Shown here in pieces: positions 104,646 to 120,813 of a stretch of 124,000 nt of DNA. The first letter of the stretch is position 1, and each line of letters opens with the position of its first letter. This stretch comes from Octopus vulgaris (taxonomy: Eukaryota). The DNA lies in NCBI GenBank assembly GCA_951406725.2, contig OX597819.1:93268001-93392000 (forward strand), given 5' to 3'. The notes below the pieces were generated by a model. That model did no database searches and had not been told where the DNA came from. It saw only the letters and a list, made by a program, of their open reading frames with translations. A program made the translations under genes and the position numbers.

Positions 104646-105329
104646 GGTTGACCTGCTTTCTCTTCTGGGGGTCTTACGAATAGCAAAAGACCACGTTTTG
104701 GACTTCTACCATTAGGGACGAAGACCGCTTCGCTCAACAAACAAACAAGCAGCAGCAACACATTAATTCCTTTATGCATTGGTTCCCGTTCAAGTTTGAA
104801 CGACGTCGACATTCATCTTTCGTTATGGCAGGGTTTAGATCATTTAAATGCGTGCCAACCAGTAACTAGGCTTTAGTTACACCTTAAACGTTGGAATAGC
104901 TGAGTGGTTAAGAAGCTCATTTTTCAACCATGCGGTTTCAGGTTCAGTCCTGCTGAGTAAATTTTTGGATAAAAGTTTTTGCTGTAGCCCCTGACCGGAC
105001 AGTGTCTTGTGAGTGAATTTGGTTAACGGAAACTGGTTTACGAAGACCATCTTGTGCATATATATTTATATGTATATATGTGTGTGTCTATCTGTCTTTG
105101 TGTTTGTTTGCCAATGCCCCAGCACCACTTGACAACTGCTGTTGGTTTGTTTACGTCCACGCATGAAACCGACTGATGCAATAAGTACCAGGCTCAAAAT
105201 AGGGTAACTCATCCCACCACCCTGCTCCCTCGCACTGTTGTCACTATACCCCCCAATCGCCCCCTCTCCACTGCCGAGCGCTCTCTCCTCAGTAGGGGAC
105301 TCCGCTTCACGCCTCTCACGCGTCACTGC

Positions 105330-105560
105330 GACGAATTTGAAGCTTTCAAAATGTGACCGCGTGTGTACCGTTGGCAATTTTTTTTCCTCCGTCTTCCCTT
105401 CTCTGGATCTTCCCTTTTCCTATGTTTCTGACGAAGAGCTCCGCTCGAAACGTAAAACCCTCCTTCTTCCCTTCCTGAGCGTCCAGTAATACTATATTTG
105501 TTCCACGTCCTCGCGTTGTGTTTTCTCTTGGTGTTTTCATGTTTGGATTAACTTTATATA
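105330..105560 (+). mobile_element. Hammerhead-bearing element family H1; ribozyme 105424-105458
   Basis: gttt CTGACGA a gagc-tcc-gctc GAAA cg T A aaac, intact core. Ends at (TA)n. Confidence 0.8.
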
Positions 105561-105949
105561 TATATATATATATATAAATATATATACGTATATACGTATG
105601 TGTGTGTATATATATATATATAAACATGTATGTATTTGTGTGTGTGTGTGTGGGAAGGCGCATGGCTTAGTGGTTAGGGGGGTTGCACTGACATTTGCGA
105701 GATTGTGGATTTGATTTCCAGACTAGGTGTTGCGTTATATTCTTGCGCAAAGTACTTCCTTTCACGTTGCTCTGCGATCATTTCGTCATCTGACACGTGG
105801 CACACAGTGCACCTGTACAGGTAATGTTGATTTGGTGGAGGGTGTGAGCTTATGTGTACACAAACATTTGATCTTGATAAACAAAAAATCTGTGTGGTTC
105901 TTTAGTAAGACATTCTTCAACCCTCATACATCGTCTAACGACGGGAGAG

Positions 105950-105988
<39 letters not shown>

Positions 105989-106232
105989 ATATGTACGCAT
106001 AACTATATATATATGTATATATGTACGCATAACTATATATATGCATACACATGTATGTATGTACGCATGAATGCATACATGTATAAGTATCAGCGTGTGT
106101 GTATGAATATATATATATGTACGCATAAATAAATATATATATATATATACATGCATATGTATGTATGTACGCATGAATGCATACATGTATATGTATCAGC
106201 GTGTGTGTATGAATATATATATATGTGTACGC

Positions 106233-106269
<37 letters not shown>

Positions 106270-106327
106270 CACATGTATGTATGTACGCATGAATGCATAC
106301 ATGTATATGTATCAGCGTGTGTGTATG

Positions 106328-106391
<64 letters not shown>

Positions 106392-106704
106392 GCATATAGA
106401 TATATACACACACAAATTCACATACATGTGTGTACATCATAATGCACATGCATACTTCTGTATATACATTATGAGCTCCCTATTTTAAAGCCAGTAATGT
106501 ATAATTTCAAATTTCCAGATTTACTTGTTATTCTTTGCAAGTTGAGTGACCGCGTTGAACACTGGTGGGTGGAAAGAGAATCCTCGCCTGCGGCTCAATT
106601 TTGAAACCGTCCTCTGTTGATATCCTTAATTGTAAAATAGATACCGTTTATGCCTTAAGACGAAAACATTCATTTAATATAAACACTGTACAAATTTCAT
106701 CATC

Positions 106705-107600
106705 GTGGCGGTGAGTAGACAGAATCGTTACCACGTCGGATAAATGCTAAACGGCATTTCTCCCTATCTTGCGTTCTAAGTTCTCATTCCACCGAGGTCG
106801 ACTTTGCCTTTTATCTTGTCAGGATCGATAAAATAAGTACCGGTTGAGCGCTGGGGGGTTAATGTAATCGACTTATCCTTCCCCTTTGACATTGCTGGTC
106901 TAGTGCCAAATTTTAAAATCATTAATTAAATAATTGAATTACAAGCACGTAGAGTGATTCGAATTGAATATTGCTAATGGTATTATTTACCAGTCATAAA
107001 GCGGTGAGCTTTCAAAATCGTTAGCGGCATTTCGTCCGTCGTTACGTTCGGAGTTCAAATTCCGCCGAGGTCGACTTTGCCTTTCATTCTTTTGGGGTCG
107101 ATAAATTAAGTACCTATGAAACACTGAGGTTGATGTAGTCGACTAGTCCCCTCCCCGCCTCACCCAAATGTCAGGCCTTTAGTAGAAAGGATTAGTTAGC
107201 AGTCATAAGGCGGTGAGTTGGCAGACTCGTTAGCACTTCGAGCAAAATGCTTAGCGGCATTTCGTCCGCCGTTACGTTTTGAGTTCAAATACTCAGGAGG
107301 TTGACTTTGACTTTTATCCTTTCAGGATCGATAAAATAAGTACACTTTGAACACTGGCGACGATGTAATCGACTAATCCTCTTGTCCAAAATTTCAGGCC
107401 TTTTTACCTAGAGCAGAAAGGATTATTTACCAGTCTTATAAGGAATCAGTTGGCCGAGTTGTCTGAGTGTCGAAAAAAAGAGAATTGTTTTGTAGTATTT
107501 CTTCCGGAACTTTATAATCTGAGGTTCGAATTTCGCCGAGGTTAGCTTTGCTTTTTACCCAACTGGAAGATGAAAATCAGTACCAGTCACGTACTGGACA
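106705..107600 (+). mobile_element. Tandem array of 4-5 SINE family A copies
   Basis: Repeated consensus units separated by ..AGAAAGGATTA..CAGTC. Confidence 0.8.
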
Positions 107601-107653
107601 ATTTTGTGTAAATCAGAACATTATTATTAATCAAGGACTCGGAATCATTTTCC

Positions 107654-107696
<43 letters not shown>

Positions 107697-110600
107697 GAAA
107701 GATAGACAAATAAATGGATATAAACAGAAAAAAATCAAAATCAACTAATTCTCGCCTGATTATTATTCAAATGCTGATGCCAACCGGTTCGAAGCCTAAG
107801 TAAAACAAGAAACAAGTGTGGCATTGAACTCAGTGCTAGCAATCTCTTCTCATTAAAAAACAAAAACAACAGCTTGCTACATAAGCTGCCCAAATAAACC
107901 AAACACCTCTGTATCCTAATGGCAGGAGACGGTCTAAGGGCTATAAGCATTAAAGCCTCTGGCAGTCTCCAGTGTCTCCGAGAATTTGCAAAATGTACAG
108001 TGCGAACAGCATAATAATATAGTCAGTAACGTGATGATAAAAATGAAGATTATATTATGACGGAGACATTAATATCTTCATCAATATTCAAGTGGCTTTC
108101 TTCGTAAGTCGTCTGAATCGGTAACGGCGTAATGAATATAAACAGACACAAACAGAAAGAAGCATCAGTGAGATTAAGACGACGGCTCTTATATAGTTGT
108201 TTCTCAAGCTAGAAATACCAGCCAAAATTCTCCCCCAGTTGTGTCCTCTACAATCTTAATAAGTGAGTGATAGATACTGAATGCTCAAGACAATGATGGC
108301 TCAAGACAATGATGAATGATATAACGCTTTTGAGCAGAGACCTGTTTTCTCAGCAACAAGAGCATGCTTTCCATTTGTTTTCTAACGTAGACAACGAATA
108401 ACAGATTTCCAGACAGAACTGTGTAACTGATTAAATCAAACTCATTGCGTGATTTCTTTGTTTTGTCGAATCTCGGACAACAACAAAAAAAGAATAATAA
108501 GTCAGCCCTGGCAGGATTTGAACTCAAAAAGTAACTTCCATTTTTTCTGCGCTCTCGAGTTACAAAAAGGCTCCTTCTGACTTCCGTGCCAAGCGCCGTG
108601 TGGGTGTCATGAAGTTTTGAGAGAGAACAACATAGCGGTTACTTGTTACCAACCTAAGAGTAATTTTGTGTAAAATACTATCGAACTGATACAATAAGGA
108701 CAAGAATGGTTTTAGAGCTAACGCAATTAGAAAGATGAAAGTAACGCAAAGTCGACCTCGGTGGAATTTGAACTCAAAACGAAAAGCCGAAAGAAAGACA
108801 TGCCGTTAAGTATTTTGTCCGACGTGCTGACGATTCGGCTTATTCAACTAATAATAATGATTTCAAATTTTGGCACAAGGACAGCAATTTTGGGTGAAGA
108901 GATAAGTCGATCAGATCGACCCCACTTCTTGACTGGTACTTATTTTGTCGATTTAATGCTAACGATTTTGCCAGCTCACTGCTTTATTCAATTAATAATG
109001 ATGATATCTAACAAGGATGCATAATCACATTTTGATGGGAAGGACACTGTCAATTACATAGGACTTAGTATTTGATTAGTACTTTAATTTATCGACCCAA
109101 GAAAGATAAAAGGCAAAGATGACGTCGGTAGGTCTCGAACTCAAAGCGTTAATGAAACGATTCTGCCGATCTGCCGCCTCCTCCATCTTTCGAAATGTTG
109201 CTTTCACGCACAGATACAAGATCTCAGATCTGAGAGAAGGGATACAGTCGATTATATCAACCAACTACTGGATGGTTCTTTATTATATCAACCCTGAGAG
109301 GGTAAAATCAAAGCTGACTTCGATGAAACTTGAACTTAAAATGTAAGGAGATTTTTATTTTTATTTTATTTAATTTATTTTTTTTTTTTGTCCTACCCTT
109401 AAACGATTCTGCCAATCCTACCCAACACTCTTCTGAAGTATCAAAACCTTAGCGCTATTATCCCACCTCCGCCACTTAACACTGCCTCTATCACTAAGAT
109501 ATATTTTAAAATAAAATCTTAGCATATCACTGTGGATAAAAGGAAAACCTCATGCATGGTCCATTCATGCTCACCCTGCCTTTTAAGGTAAACAGACCAG
109601 TCATGGAAATGAAGAGATATGCAGGAGTGGAGGTGTTACCTCACTTTTCAGCAAAGGGAGAGGTTCTTATAGCGTCTATACCCCCTTCCTTCCTAACTTC
109701 AGTCTCACAGATCATAATACAAGCCCATTTTATTTTCCAAAACCCATTTCATTTTCATCATAGAATCAGACATAAAGGCTAATACAAAATTCCCTAGATC
109801 CTGAATAAATACTAACAGCTTAAAAATACAGGCAGAGAGCTGTTATGTCGTCGACGTCGTCGTCGTCGTTCAAGCTGCTAGAAATAACTAACAAACGATC
109901 CTCAAATGACAACTGTTTGCACACTCTTCACTTTCTACGGCAGTGGACTATATACTGAAAATACGAATGGCTGCGTAACTTCTAAATTGAATTCAACTAA
110001 TTAAACGGTAACACCTTGAAATCCAAGCAAGGATTACAAATTAAAGGATTGTGCTTCCGATCTTACTCATTATCTATGCAAAAAGAAAACAGAAGGAACT
110101 GGGCCACGTGGTAAGAATGGCATCTCAAAGATTTATTTCAGCAGACACTCCCCACTGAAAGAATATGTACTAATGTAAAGATAAATGTCAAGAAGACACG
110201 GGGTGGCCAGCTCTGGGTGATGTGATCTGATCTCAGTTACACAAGTAGGTAGCAGGGTTAGACTAAGACAACGCCTTGGGGGAAGGTACTCGTAATGAAT
110301 GAGGTGTGTGATATTCAGCGGTGTTTTAACCTGATACACACTGGGTGTTCCAGCGAGACAATATGAATGAATAATATACATGCCAAACGCACTGACAATC
110401 CTCATACACAAATATGTGTATGTGTATGTAGATATGTGTGCGTATATACATATATATGTGTGCGTATATGTATATATATATGTGTCTGTGTGTGTGTGTG
110501 TAAATATGTGTGTGTGTGTGTGTGTAAATATATGTGTGTATATATATATATTTATATGCATATATTTATATGCATATATTCGTATATATATTTATGCATA

Positions 110601-111100
110601 TATGCATACGTATATATATCTGTGTGTATGTATGTATATATGCATATATATATGTATGTATGTATGTATATATGCATATATATATGTATGTATGCATATA
110701 TGCTTATATATATGTATGTATATATGTATGTATGTATGTATATATGCATATATATATGTATGTATGCATATATGCTTATATATATGTATGTATATATGCA
110801 TATATATGTATGTATGCATGTATGCATATATGCTTATGTATATATGTATGTATATATGTATGTATATATGTGTGTATATATATATATGTATATATGTATA
110901 TATTTGTATGTATAAATGCATATATATATATATATATATATGCATACATATAAATATATCTGCATATATATGGAAATATGTGTAGTGTATACATACATAT
111001 CTATATACACATACATACGCATATATGTGTATATACATGTCTATTCGTGTATGTTATATATATATATATATATATATATAATGTACACGCAAACACACAC

Positions 111101-111133
<33 letters not shown>

Positions 111134-111166
111134 ATGTACACGCAAACACACACATATATATATACA

Positions 111167-111534
111167 CTAGCAGTATCGCCCGGCGTTGCTCAAGTTTGTA
111201 AGGGAAATAACTATAAAGCATTTTTAGAGAGTTATAGCCAAAAAATAGCCAAGAAATGGAAAAAAAATTATGGTAAATTTTTTTTGAGAGTTAAAAAAGG
111301 TCGAGTTGCGTCCCCTAGACAGTCTGTGGTTTGTGTTTCTGATTCTCGACCCCATGTCGAATTTATCGATTTTTTTCAGAACTGGTGGAACTTTACAAAA
111401 TTTTCGCTGTGTTTGTTTTGAATTATGACATTGGGCTATGTGTGTGTCAAGTTTCATCAGAATCGGTCGAAAGCAGTGGTCAGGGTGAGGGTACAACCAA
111501 ACAGACACACAGAAACACACACAGACAAACTGCC

Positions 111535-111545
<11 letters not shown>
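111167..111545 (-). mobile_element. Non-autonomous Helitron
   Basis: Minus strand starts ..TATATAAACGGCAGTTTGTC and ends GAGCAACGCCGGGCGATACTG-CTAG|T. Confidence 0.75.
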
Positions 111546-111569
<24 letters not shown>

Positions 111570-111579
111570 GTACACGCAA

Positions 111580-111630
<51 letters not shown>

Positions 111631-111681
111631 GTACACACAAACACACATATATATATATATATAATGTACACGCAAACACAC

Positions 111682-111724
<43 letters not shown>

Positions 111725-112344
111725 GTACACGCAAACACACACACACATATGTATATATATATATATATATTGTGTGCACATACACACACACACACGCATA
111801 TATATTTACTTACATATGCAAACGACTTGCTAGAAACAGCAGCCAAATTTCCTTCAAATCACATCTTACTGCTTTAAGAAAAAAACATGTTGCCTAATGT
111901 GGTCATGAGTTCCTTGCACACGTCGGAAATAGATAGGATGGATGGTCACGGCAGGAATGTATTTGATCATAGAACAGCCAGGATCTGGGATTAAACAACA
112001 GCAACAATCAAAAGTGTAACATATGTGTGTGTGTGTGTGTGTGAAAGTGTATGAGTGTGTGTGTTTGTGAATGTATGTCTGTATAATAGGGTGGTGGTAG
112101 TGGTGGTGGTCGCTGTCACCGTTATGACCATGGTTACGATGATGATGGTGACTGTGTCCATTGCGTCAGTCTTCTTTGAAGTATAATTAATTCCACAGTA
112201 ACAGTTAATTCCTGTAATTTGTCGCTGATGACAGAGAACACCGTAAGGATGAGACCAGACTCTGCATAGTAATAATAATAATAAGAAGAAGAAGAAGAAT
112301 GATAATAGTAAAAATATCAATGATAATAATAATAAGAGCACTCA

Positions 112345-112720
112345 GAGAGGGCAAACCTCCGCCAAGGCAACACCATCGTCCTCTCAACGATTAGCCGAAG
112401 ATGATTTTTTAAAATGAGAATATCTGAAATAAATTCGACTGCTTTCACAAACGAGAATACTAAAAATTAATCCGACCGCTCTCAAAGATTAAGTAGAAAA
112501 ACAGGAAAAATAATCCAAAATCCTTGTCCGGTATCGAATCGATCCCCAAATCTAATCAGTTCGTGCCAGTCACGAGGCTAAACATCTCTGAAAATTTCAT
112601 CCAAATCCATTCAGCGGTTCTTGAGATATCTTGTCCAAGGGCAAACAGACAAACAAACAAACGCGACTGAAAACAATACCCTTGCCTTCGCTAAGTCGGA
112701 GGTATTAAGGAAGATGTCCG
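112345..112720. mobile_element. Helentron/HINE-like non-autonomous element
   Basis: Subterminal motifs CCTCCGCCAAGG and GCCTTCGCTAAGTCGGAGG; internal GAAAATTTCATCCAAATCC and (CAAA)n. Confidence 0.45.
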
Positions 112721-114649
112721 TATTTGGTTGTGCAGCATTAGCCATGCGGTTAGTTAAGAAGTTTTGTTTTCTCACCTACGCGAATCAGGTTTCAAATCCA
112801 CTTTCAAAAGCTCGTTTTTATCATAGTCTCGAGTCAATTAAAGTCTTGCGAATGAAATTTGGATGGCAGAAATTCTGTGTAAGTTCCTCTGAATGATTGT
112901 TCTTGAGTCGTTACCTGAAAGGGGAAGACGAGGAATTTGATGTTCTCGTACGGGGTTCTACCTTCTCCTATAGGGAAAAGAAATATAATTTCTCAGACGA
113001 AGATTCAGCTCCGAAACATAAACTTATTTAAATTCATGAAATTCAGTATACAGTTTGACATCGATAACCCAAACATGACGGGCGGGGAGCATTTTATTCG
113101 ATAATCCATTGCTCGGATAAATGAGATGATCGTAAAGAAAGTGAAGCTATACGGATCAGAATTTACGTAAAAAGAGAAAATGGTAAAATATATTGAGAGA
113201 TTTTGTCTTTTAGACGATAAAATGTTGTGCTCTCGCGCAATCAGTAGTACCTTTCCACCACGATCCGGTCTCTGTAAAATTCTTATTTTTCTTTTCGATT
113301 CTCAATGGTGATCACTTTCTCTCCACAGACATGGTAAGAGCATCAAACTTGATTACTTGTAACGGATACGTAGTGAGATCAAAGTAGTAGTGCGATGAAT
113401 GCACAACTGATTTTGCCTTACATTTACATCCTTCAGCATGACAGCCATTTTTGTGTTAAAATTGCTTTAAGGACCAACTGAGATCAAATTGGTGGCCTGA
113501 TCGATAACTGTAAACAATTGGTGGCGCTTTGATAACTGTAAACAAAGGAATTGATGACACGACCGTCGCAAGAGTGTCAGTTATACATCTTTGAGGTATC
113601 AGATTTACTTAATAAATTCAATTATTCCAAGTTATTTTTTGCTATTGTAAACAAAAAACGAAGTGCTTGCACCGGTATTACACTCAAGTTGGGTTACAGG
113701 CAATATGGCTGATTAAGTATAAACGGGACTTTGAGATTTTAATCTGAAATTCATATAATTAATATTTGGCTTACCATAGTTATACAGACTAAGTCCATAT
113801 AATTATTGCTGACACTAACAAGTACTAGTTCCTTTGTTTTTATGATTTTTTAAAGTGTAACTTATTCATTATTATATACGATTATAAATATGATAGAAGG
113901 TGCCGAGCTGGCAGAATCCTTCGCAACATTTCGTCCGCTTTTACGTTCTGAGTTCGAATTCCGCCAAAGTTAACTTTGCTTTTTATTCTTTCAGAGTCAA
114001 AAGAATAAGTACCAGTTAAGCACCAGGGTCAATGTAATCAACTAACATTCTTCCCAAAATTTTTCAGACTTTGTGCCTATACTAGGAAGGTTTATACTTA
114101 CAATAGGAGTAAAAGTGGTCGGATGGTTAACAAGTTAGTTTCGCAACCAAGAGACTACAAGTTCAATCTCACTGTATAACATTTTGCGCAAGCATCTTCT
114201 AACATATTCTTAAGTCTACTCAAGTTTTGCGAGTGAACATCTTAGGAAACGGGATATGTTTGGAAGCCCGTCGTATGAGAATGGACTATAGCTATATTTC
114301 AATGAACCAGTCTTTTCACATGTCACACAGTCTTTTCGAGAATTCCACTAAGAGTATCTGCATCTGTAAAATATTCAGCCACTAAAATGTTTAATTTGAT
114401 AAGTAGTTGTTCTTTACAGCGAACAATTGGAACACTCGTCGTCGAATACGACGGGGAATTATTCACATAGACAATTATTCACTATACAAAATTAATAAAC
114501 GAACATTGAAATATTAGTCTTATTTTTCTCTATCTTGTGATGCATGTGATTGGTGTACCTTTATCAGGCGAGCAGTCGTGATGGGTATAATGGGCTTCAT
114601 ATATTTGTTCCCTAGTGTCACTTTGATGGCATGCACGACTCCCTTACTC

Positions 114650-114683
<34 letters not shown>

Positions 114684-115853
114684 TCACATTTCTTCTCAAA
114701 TTTGTGGAGAGGGGTCTAGTTGATTGCATCGACTCCGTTGTTTCACTGGTACTTAATTTATTGACCCCGAAAGGATGAAAGGTAAAGTCGATCTCTGCGG
114801 AATTTGAACTCAGAATGTAGCGATGGACGGAATACCGCTAAGCATTTCGTCCACAGTGCTTATGATTCTGCCAGCTCGCCGCCTGAATAATAATAATAAT
114901 GATGACGATGATGATGATGAAGGACTCTATCGGCGATGACGTATGCGTGTTCAGCTTTTGCTGAAGACCTGCACAAATTATTTGTTTATGGTGATCAAAT
115001 GTACAGGTTGCACATTAGCTTACTCCGTCCATCAAATCGACGCTGCTGGAACAGGTACACGGTGCGTCACGGATGGATCAGGTGTCGAAGTGATCGCAGA
115101 GCAACGCGAGATGAAATGTTTTGGTCAAGAACACAACGCACCAGCTGATCCAAGAAACGAAACCACGATCTCGTTATCGTGAGTACAACTCCCTAACCGC
115201 TAAATGGATATAAAGACACAAATTTTTATCGGGAGATGTTAGTCAATTAAAATCAGTCACCAGTACTTAACTGATATTTTATTTTATCGGCTCCAGAGAA
115301 ATGAAAGCAAGGTTGACCTCAACAAAGATTGAATTCGGACGGTAAAAGAGCATCACTAAACACTGAAAGTCATTTAGTCCGACGCTTTACCAATTCAACC
115401 ATCTACTATTTCCTTTGACACATGCACACATACAAGATACTTATAAAGGAATTTGTATGCTTGAGTAAGTTGACTCACAGCGGACACTTATTTTATCGAT
115501 CATAGAAAGCCAAAAGACAACCTCTCTTTAGATTCGAACGTAGACCCTTAAAGTACGTTCTTAAATACCACAAGTCATTTTGTCTAGAGTTCTACTGATT
115601 TTGCCACCCACCGCATCGTTTATGTCAGTGTAGAGTAAATTATATCTTCAATTTTAATATAACCTTGGTTGTTCTTTGAAAAGATAATGACGACGATGAT
115701 GATGACGACTGATAACTTTATTTATTCCTCTCGCCAGTCTCGGGTGTCCTCGAAGATGCTGTAATTGCTACTGTTATTACTCTGACTTAGCTATGAAAAA
115801 AAGATTACGATAAAAGAAAAAATAGTTAAACACACACAAGCATACACATACAC

Positions 115854-115886
<33 letters not shown>

Positions 115887-116099
115887 TACATACGCACACG
115901 TATTCACACTTAAATATAAGAAAATGTTAACATTTTTGTACTATAATTGTCAGGGACAAGTACCTCTGACAAAGAAATTATAGGAAATCGGTGTGTCCTT
116001 TTTTAAGGAAATTTGATGCCCTTTTACCGGCTTGTGATAGAATTTTGGATGAACCTGAAGGTTTATGACAGACACTAAACGTGAATTATTTTTTCCTGT

Positions 116100-116860
116100 C
116101 GTTCCCATTTAGTTCAATAAAAATAATGTCTCATCGGAAACATGACTTTTCTTACTGCTGCTGCGTCTATCATAACTGCTTATTAAAACACATGAGATAA
116201 CTGCTTATTCAAACAATAATGTGACTGAGGTTCTTGGCATTCTCAGCTTGATCAATCGTTAACATTTGGTTGCAAAACAAATGAGAGGGTTACTACAAGA
116301 TACCCTTGTCATTGTGGCGATAGCAGTCAACTTTATCAAATCGAATGCACTTCAAGTTCTTTTTGAGGAAATTTGCGACAAAATTGACGGAAACTTTGAA
116401 AGTCAATTGATGCATACAGCAGTGCGATGATTATCAAAAGATAATTGTCTTTGTTGCTTTGTGGAACTTTTGGACAATATTGTTCCATTTCTAAATAATA
116501 AGTAACTTTATGAACAGCTGATTGCTGCCAGATGTAATATATTTTATCTCCCAGACATATTTCAGAAGCTTAATTTTCTGATCAAACAGTTATAAGGAGA
116601 AAATGATAATCTAATAACTCGCAAAGAGACTATTAATGCTTTCATTGAAAAACTCAAGCTATTCAGAAATAATTATAGGATGTCGAGAGTTGGTGCAGTT
116701 TCTGACTGTGTTCATAGAATCTGAATTGAAAGTTGATAATATTTTCATTTGTTGAGCCTTTTAAGTATTAGTACAAGTGATATGAAAGTTCGGTTCAGCG
116801 ACTTACTCGAGACGAATATTTCAGAATACTATGCTTGTAATAAACCTCTTCTGTCACCTT
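116100..116860 (+). pseudogene. hAT (Buster/Charlie-type) transposase remnant
   Basis: HLVAKQMRGLLQDTLVIVAIAVNFIKSNALQVLFEEICDKIDGNFESQLMHT..KDNCL resembles the hAT HCxxHR..IKxNAL..LLLHTEVRWLSKG region. Confidence 0.75.
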
Positions 116861-118419
116861 CTTCTTGCGACGGACGCAATATCTTTCAGAGTTGATAATA
116901 CCTGGAATCGTTGATGTCTGCTGGGCTGTGAAGGTTTACGCTCTAACCCAACTTAAAAAGTACTAACAGCACCACGATTCATTTGGAATTCTCAGTCGTC
117001 GTCTCTTGCTGGGAGAAGCCTTTGAGCCATCTGTGTCAGTCAACTGAATTCAGTATTTGATGGAGACATATTTTTGTTACATCCAGTAAAATGAAAGATC
117101 CTCGAAAGCATTTGAACTCCAAACGTAAAGAACGTAACTACAGCAGCTCTAACGGTCCTGCCAGTTTACCAGTCATCAGCAAAATGGTGAAACGGAACTA
117201 AAGTTTTACAAATTTTCAAAGGAGAAACTATCTCAAATTTATGAGTTTTTAAAATTTAAAGATCCCTAGTTTGTAAAAGATAACAGGACTTTGAATTATT
117301 CTGCATCTATTGACTTCACGTTCTGAGTTCAAATTACGCCGTGGCCGACTTTGGACTTCATTCACTTGGGGTTCGATAAAATAAGTACTAGTTAAGTATC
117401 GGGGTCGATGTAACTGACCATCCCCCTCCCCATTTCCAGCCTTGTGCTTGCAGTAGAAGCGATTATTTCTAACATAAACAAAGCAGCGAGTCGGACAAAA
117501 TGCCTAGCAGCATTTATTTCGACTCTTTATATAATGAGGACAAATTGCGCCAAGATCGTTTTCGCCTTTCATTCTTTCAGGGTCGATGAAATAAGTACCA
117601 GTCAAGTACTGAAGTCTTGGTTGTCAACTAAACCCCACCCCTAAAAATTGCTGGCCTTGTGCAAAAATTAGGATAAACTCGTTCAGACATAAGCACAAAA
117701 CCTGAAAGTTAGAGAATAGAATTCGTCGATTAAATCAACATCTTACTTTATTTATGCCACACCAAAGTTGGTTCTAGGAAGATTTGAACTCGAAACCAAT
117801 GCGATGATAATTGCTTGTAAAGGCGGTGAGCTGGCAGAAACGTTAGCGCGCCGGGCTAAATGCTTAGCGGTATTTCATCTGTCTTTACGTTCTGAGTTCA
117901 AATTCCGCCAAGATTGACTTTAACTTTTCATCCTTTCGGGATCGATAAATTAAGTACCAGTTGCGCACTGGGGTCGATCTAATCAACTGCTCCCTCCCCC
118001 AAATTTCGGGTTTCGTGCCTAGAGTAGAAAAGGTTAATAATTGCTTATAATATAAGGACGAGGCCAGAAATTGGCGAGTTGATTATATCCATCCCAATGT
118101 TCGACTGGCACTTATTTCATCAACGCCGAAAAGATTTAAGGTCGACCTCAATGGAATTTGAATTCACAGCGCTAAGACTGACAAAATTCTACAAAGCATA
118201 TTGTCTGTATGTAAACGATTCTGATATCAATTGTATGAAAGCAAGAGCGATAACAATTGATAGAAAAGTAGATAGATATACGTACATACGATTGTGTGCG
118301 CGCGCATGCCTGAATGCGTTTTGAACATATATATTAAGAATCTCAGATGAGTAGGAAGAGGACGAGACGTTTAGGCGGTGGAGCAGATGTCAGTTTGATT
118401 TAATGCCAGAGCTCGAATA

Positions 118420-118830
118420 ACTCTCTTTACTCTTTTACTTGTTTCAGTTATTTGACTGCGGCCATGCTGGAGCACCGCCTTTAGTCGAGCAAATCGACCC
118501 CAGGACTTATTCTTTGTAAGCCTAGTTCTTATTCTATCGGCCTCCTTTTCCCGAACCGCTAAGTTACGGGACATAAACACACTAGCATCGGTTGTCAAGC
118601 GATGTTGGGGGGACAAACACATACACACAAACACATACACAACACATTATATATACATATACATATATACGACGGGCTTCTTTCAGTTTCCGTCTACCAA
118701 ATCCACTCACAAGGCTTTGGTCGGCCTGAGGCTATAGCAGAAAACACTTGTCCAAGGTGCCACGCAGTGGGACTGAACCCGGAACCATGTGGTTGGCAAG
118801 CAAGCTACTTACCACACAACCACTCCTGTG
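118420..118830 (-). mobile_element. SINE family C
   Basis: Reverse complement of the consensus. Confidence 0.85.
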
Positions 118831-119428
118831 CGCCTTTCTTTTTTCTCTCTGATCGTTAAAAATAAGGTGCAGCCAAGAGCAAGGTGCGATCCAAGCAACA
118901 GTTCTCTTCCATACTAAAGTAAAATATAATAATAATAATAACATTGTAGCCTTGTGCATGTCATAGAAATTAATATGACCATCGTCATCATTATCATCAT
119001 CATCATTATTATCAACATCTTTTATGATCATCCTTATTCATTCATCATCGTCATTCATCATTTCTGTATCGTTCGCCGCAAATTTCTGTTTCTTTTTTTT
119101 TTTTTTTTTTTTTTTTCCTGAAGTAGGAAATGCAAACCATGAGGTAAAGTGATTAATTTTTTTTTATCAGTTAGTTACTTCCACGTTCCTATGCGACTAT
119201 TTCCATGAGATAACTCACTCATTCCCTAGGCACACACATGCAGACATAGAAACACGTGTGCGCTCCCACTCACACATGTATACTTACGTACGCAAACTCA
119301 CAAAGAGGGAAAGGTGGCGTATTTGGCTTATATATGTGGATGTGGCTGTGCGCCAACTTCATGCAATATCATTTTACTAATGACGTTTAAGAACGTGGTT
119401 AAATATACCAACATACATACATACATAC

Positions 119429-119462
<34 letters not shown>

Positions 119463-119981
119463 GTGTGTATGTATGTATGTATATATATACATGTGTGTAT
119501 GTGTGTATGTATATATATACATGTGTGTATGTATATATATACATGTGTGTATATATGTATGTATATATATATACATGTGTGTATATATGTATGTATATAT
119601 ATATATGCATGTGTGTATTTATGTATGTATATATATATGCATGTGTGTATATATGTATGTATGTATATACATGTATGTATGTATATACATGTATGTATGT
119701 ATGTATGTATGTATGTATGTATGTATGTATGTATGTATATGCATGTGTGTATGTATGTATGTATATATATGCATGTGTGTATGTATATACACACCTACAC
119801 TCAAATACATTCACACGTATACACGTATCCATATTTACATGATGTATGTATGCCTGTACATATGGATATATAAACATACACACACATACATGCATGTAAA
119901 CTCACGCATATCCATTTTACTAATGACTTTTAAAAGCCTGATTATATATCTATATATACGTGAGCCTTTCTATGTGTGCAT

Positions 119982-120039
<58 letters not shown>

Positions 120040-120214
120040 GTATGTATGTAGGTATGTATATATGTATGTATATCCACACACAATATTCATTCATGCATTT
120101 CTTACAAGTGTATGTAGGTGCGTGCTTGTTCCGAACATAAACAGTCAAGACTCCACATATAATGACGTGTATTATTCGTAGAATCGCATACACCTCCGCA
120201 CCTCCACACATACA

Positions 120215-120245
<31 letters not shown>

Positions 120246-120488
120246 GTACAGATACGCACGCATTACACCATATACATACGTCACACAAAACAAGCATAAT
120301 TTTTACACACATACGCAACACACAAAAACTATTTCATTGAGAGGATTCTGTGAATGGTTTTATTTTTTTGTTTGTTTGTTTGTTTGTTTGTATTCTTTAC
120401 TTGTTAGCTTTATCAAGTTCAGCAACATAGAGTTTCCAACGCATAACATCGAACCATACATACATTTATGCATCTTATCCATCAATCC

Positions 120489-120528
<40 letters not shown>

Positions 120529-120762
120529 TCATACGTACATGCATGCATTACGTTACATTAGCATTGCATTACACACATAGGCAGAGATTTTAACAGTTTC
120601 AACCTGTCAGATATGATAGTCTTACTACAGCTTCAATAATACTATATATCCATTTAGCTGGATTTGTTTTTAGATGGGTTTTTTGGCAAAAACTTGTAAA
120701 GCTTTAACGATAGGGAGTTTAGCTGAATTGCTTTACATTGCTTTCATGCAACCGCACGCACA

Positions 120763-120813
<51 letters not shown>
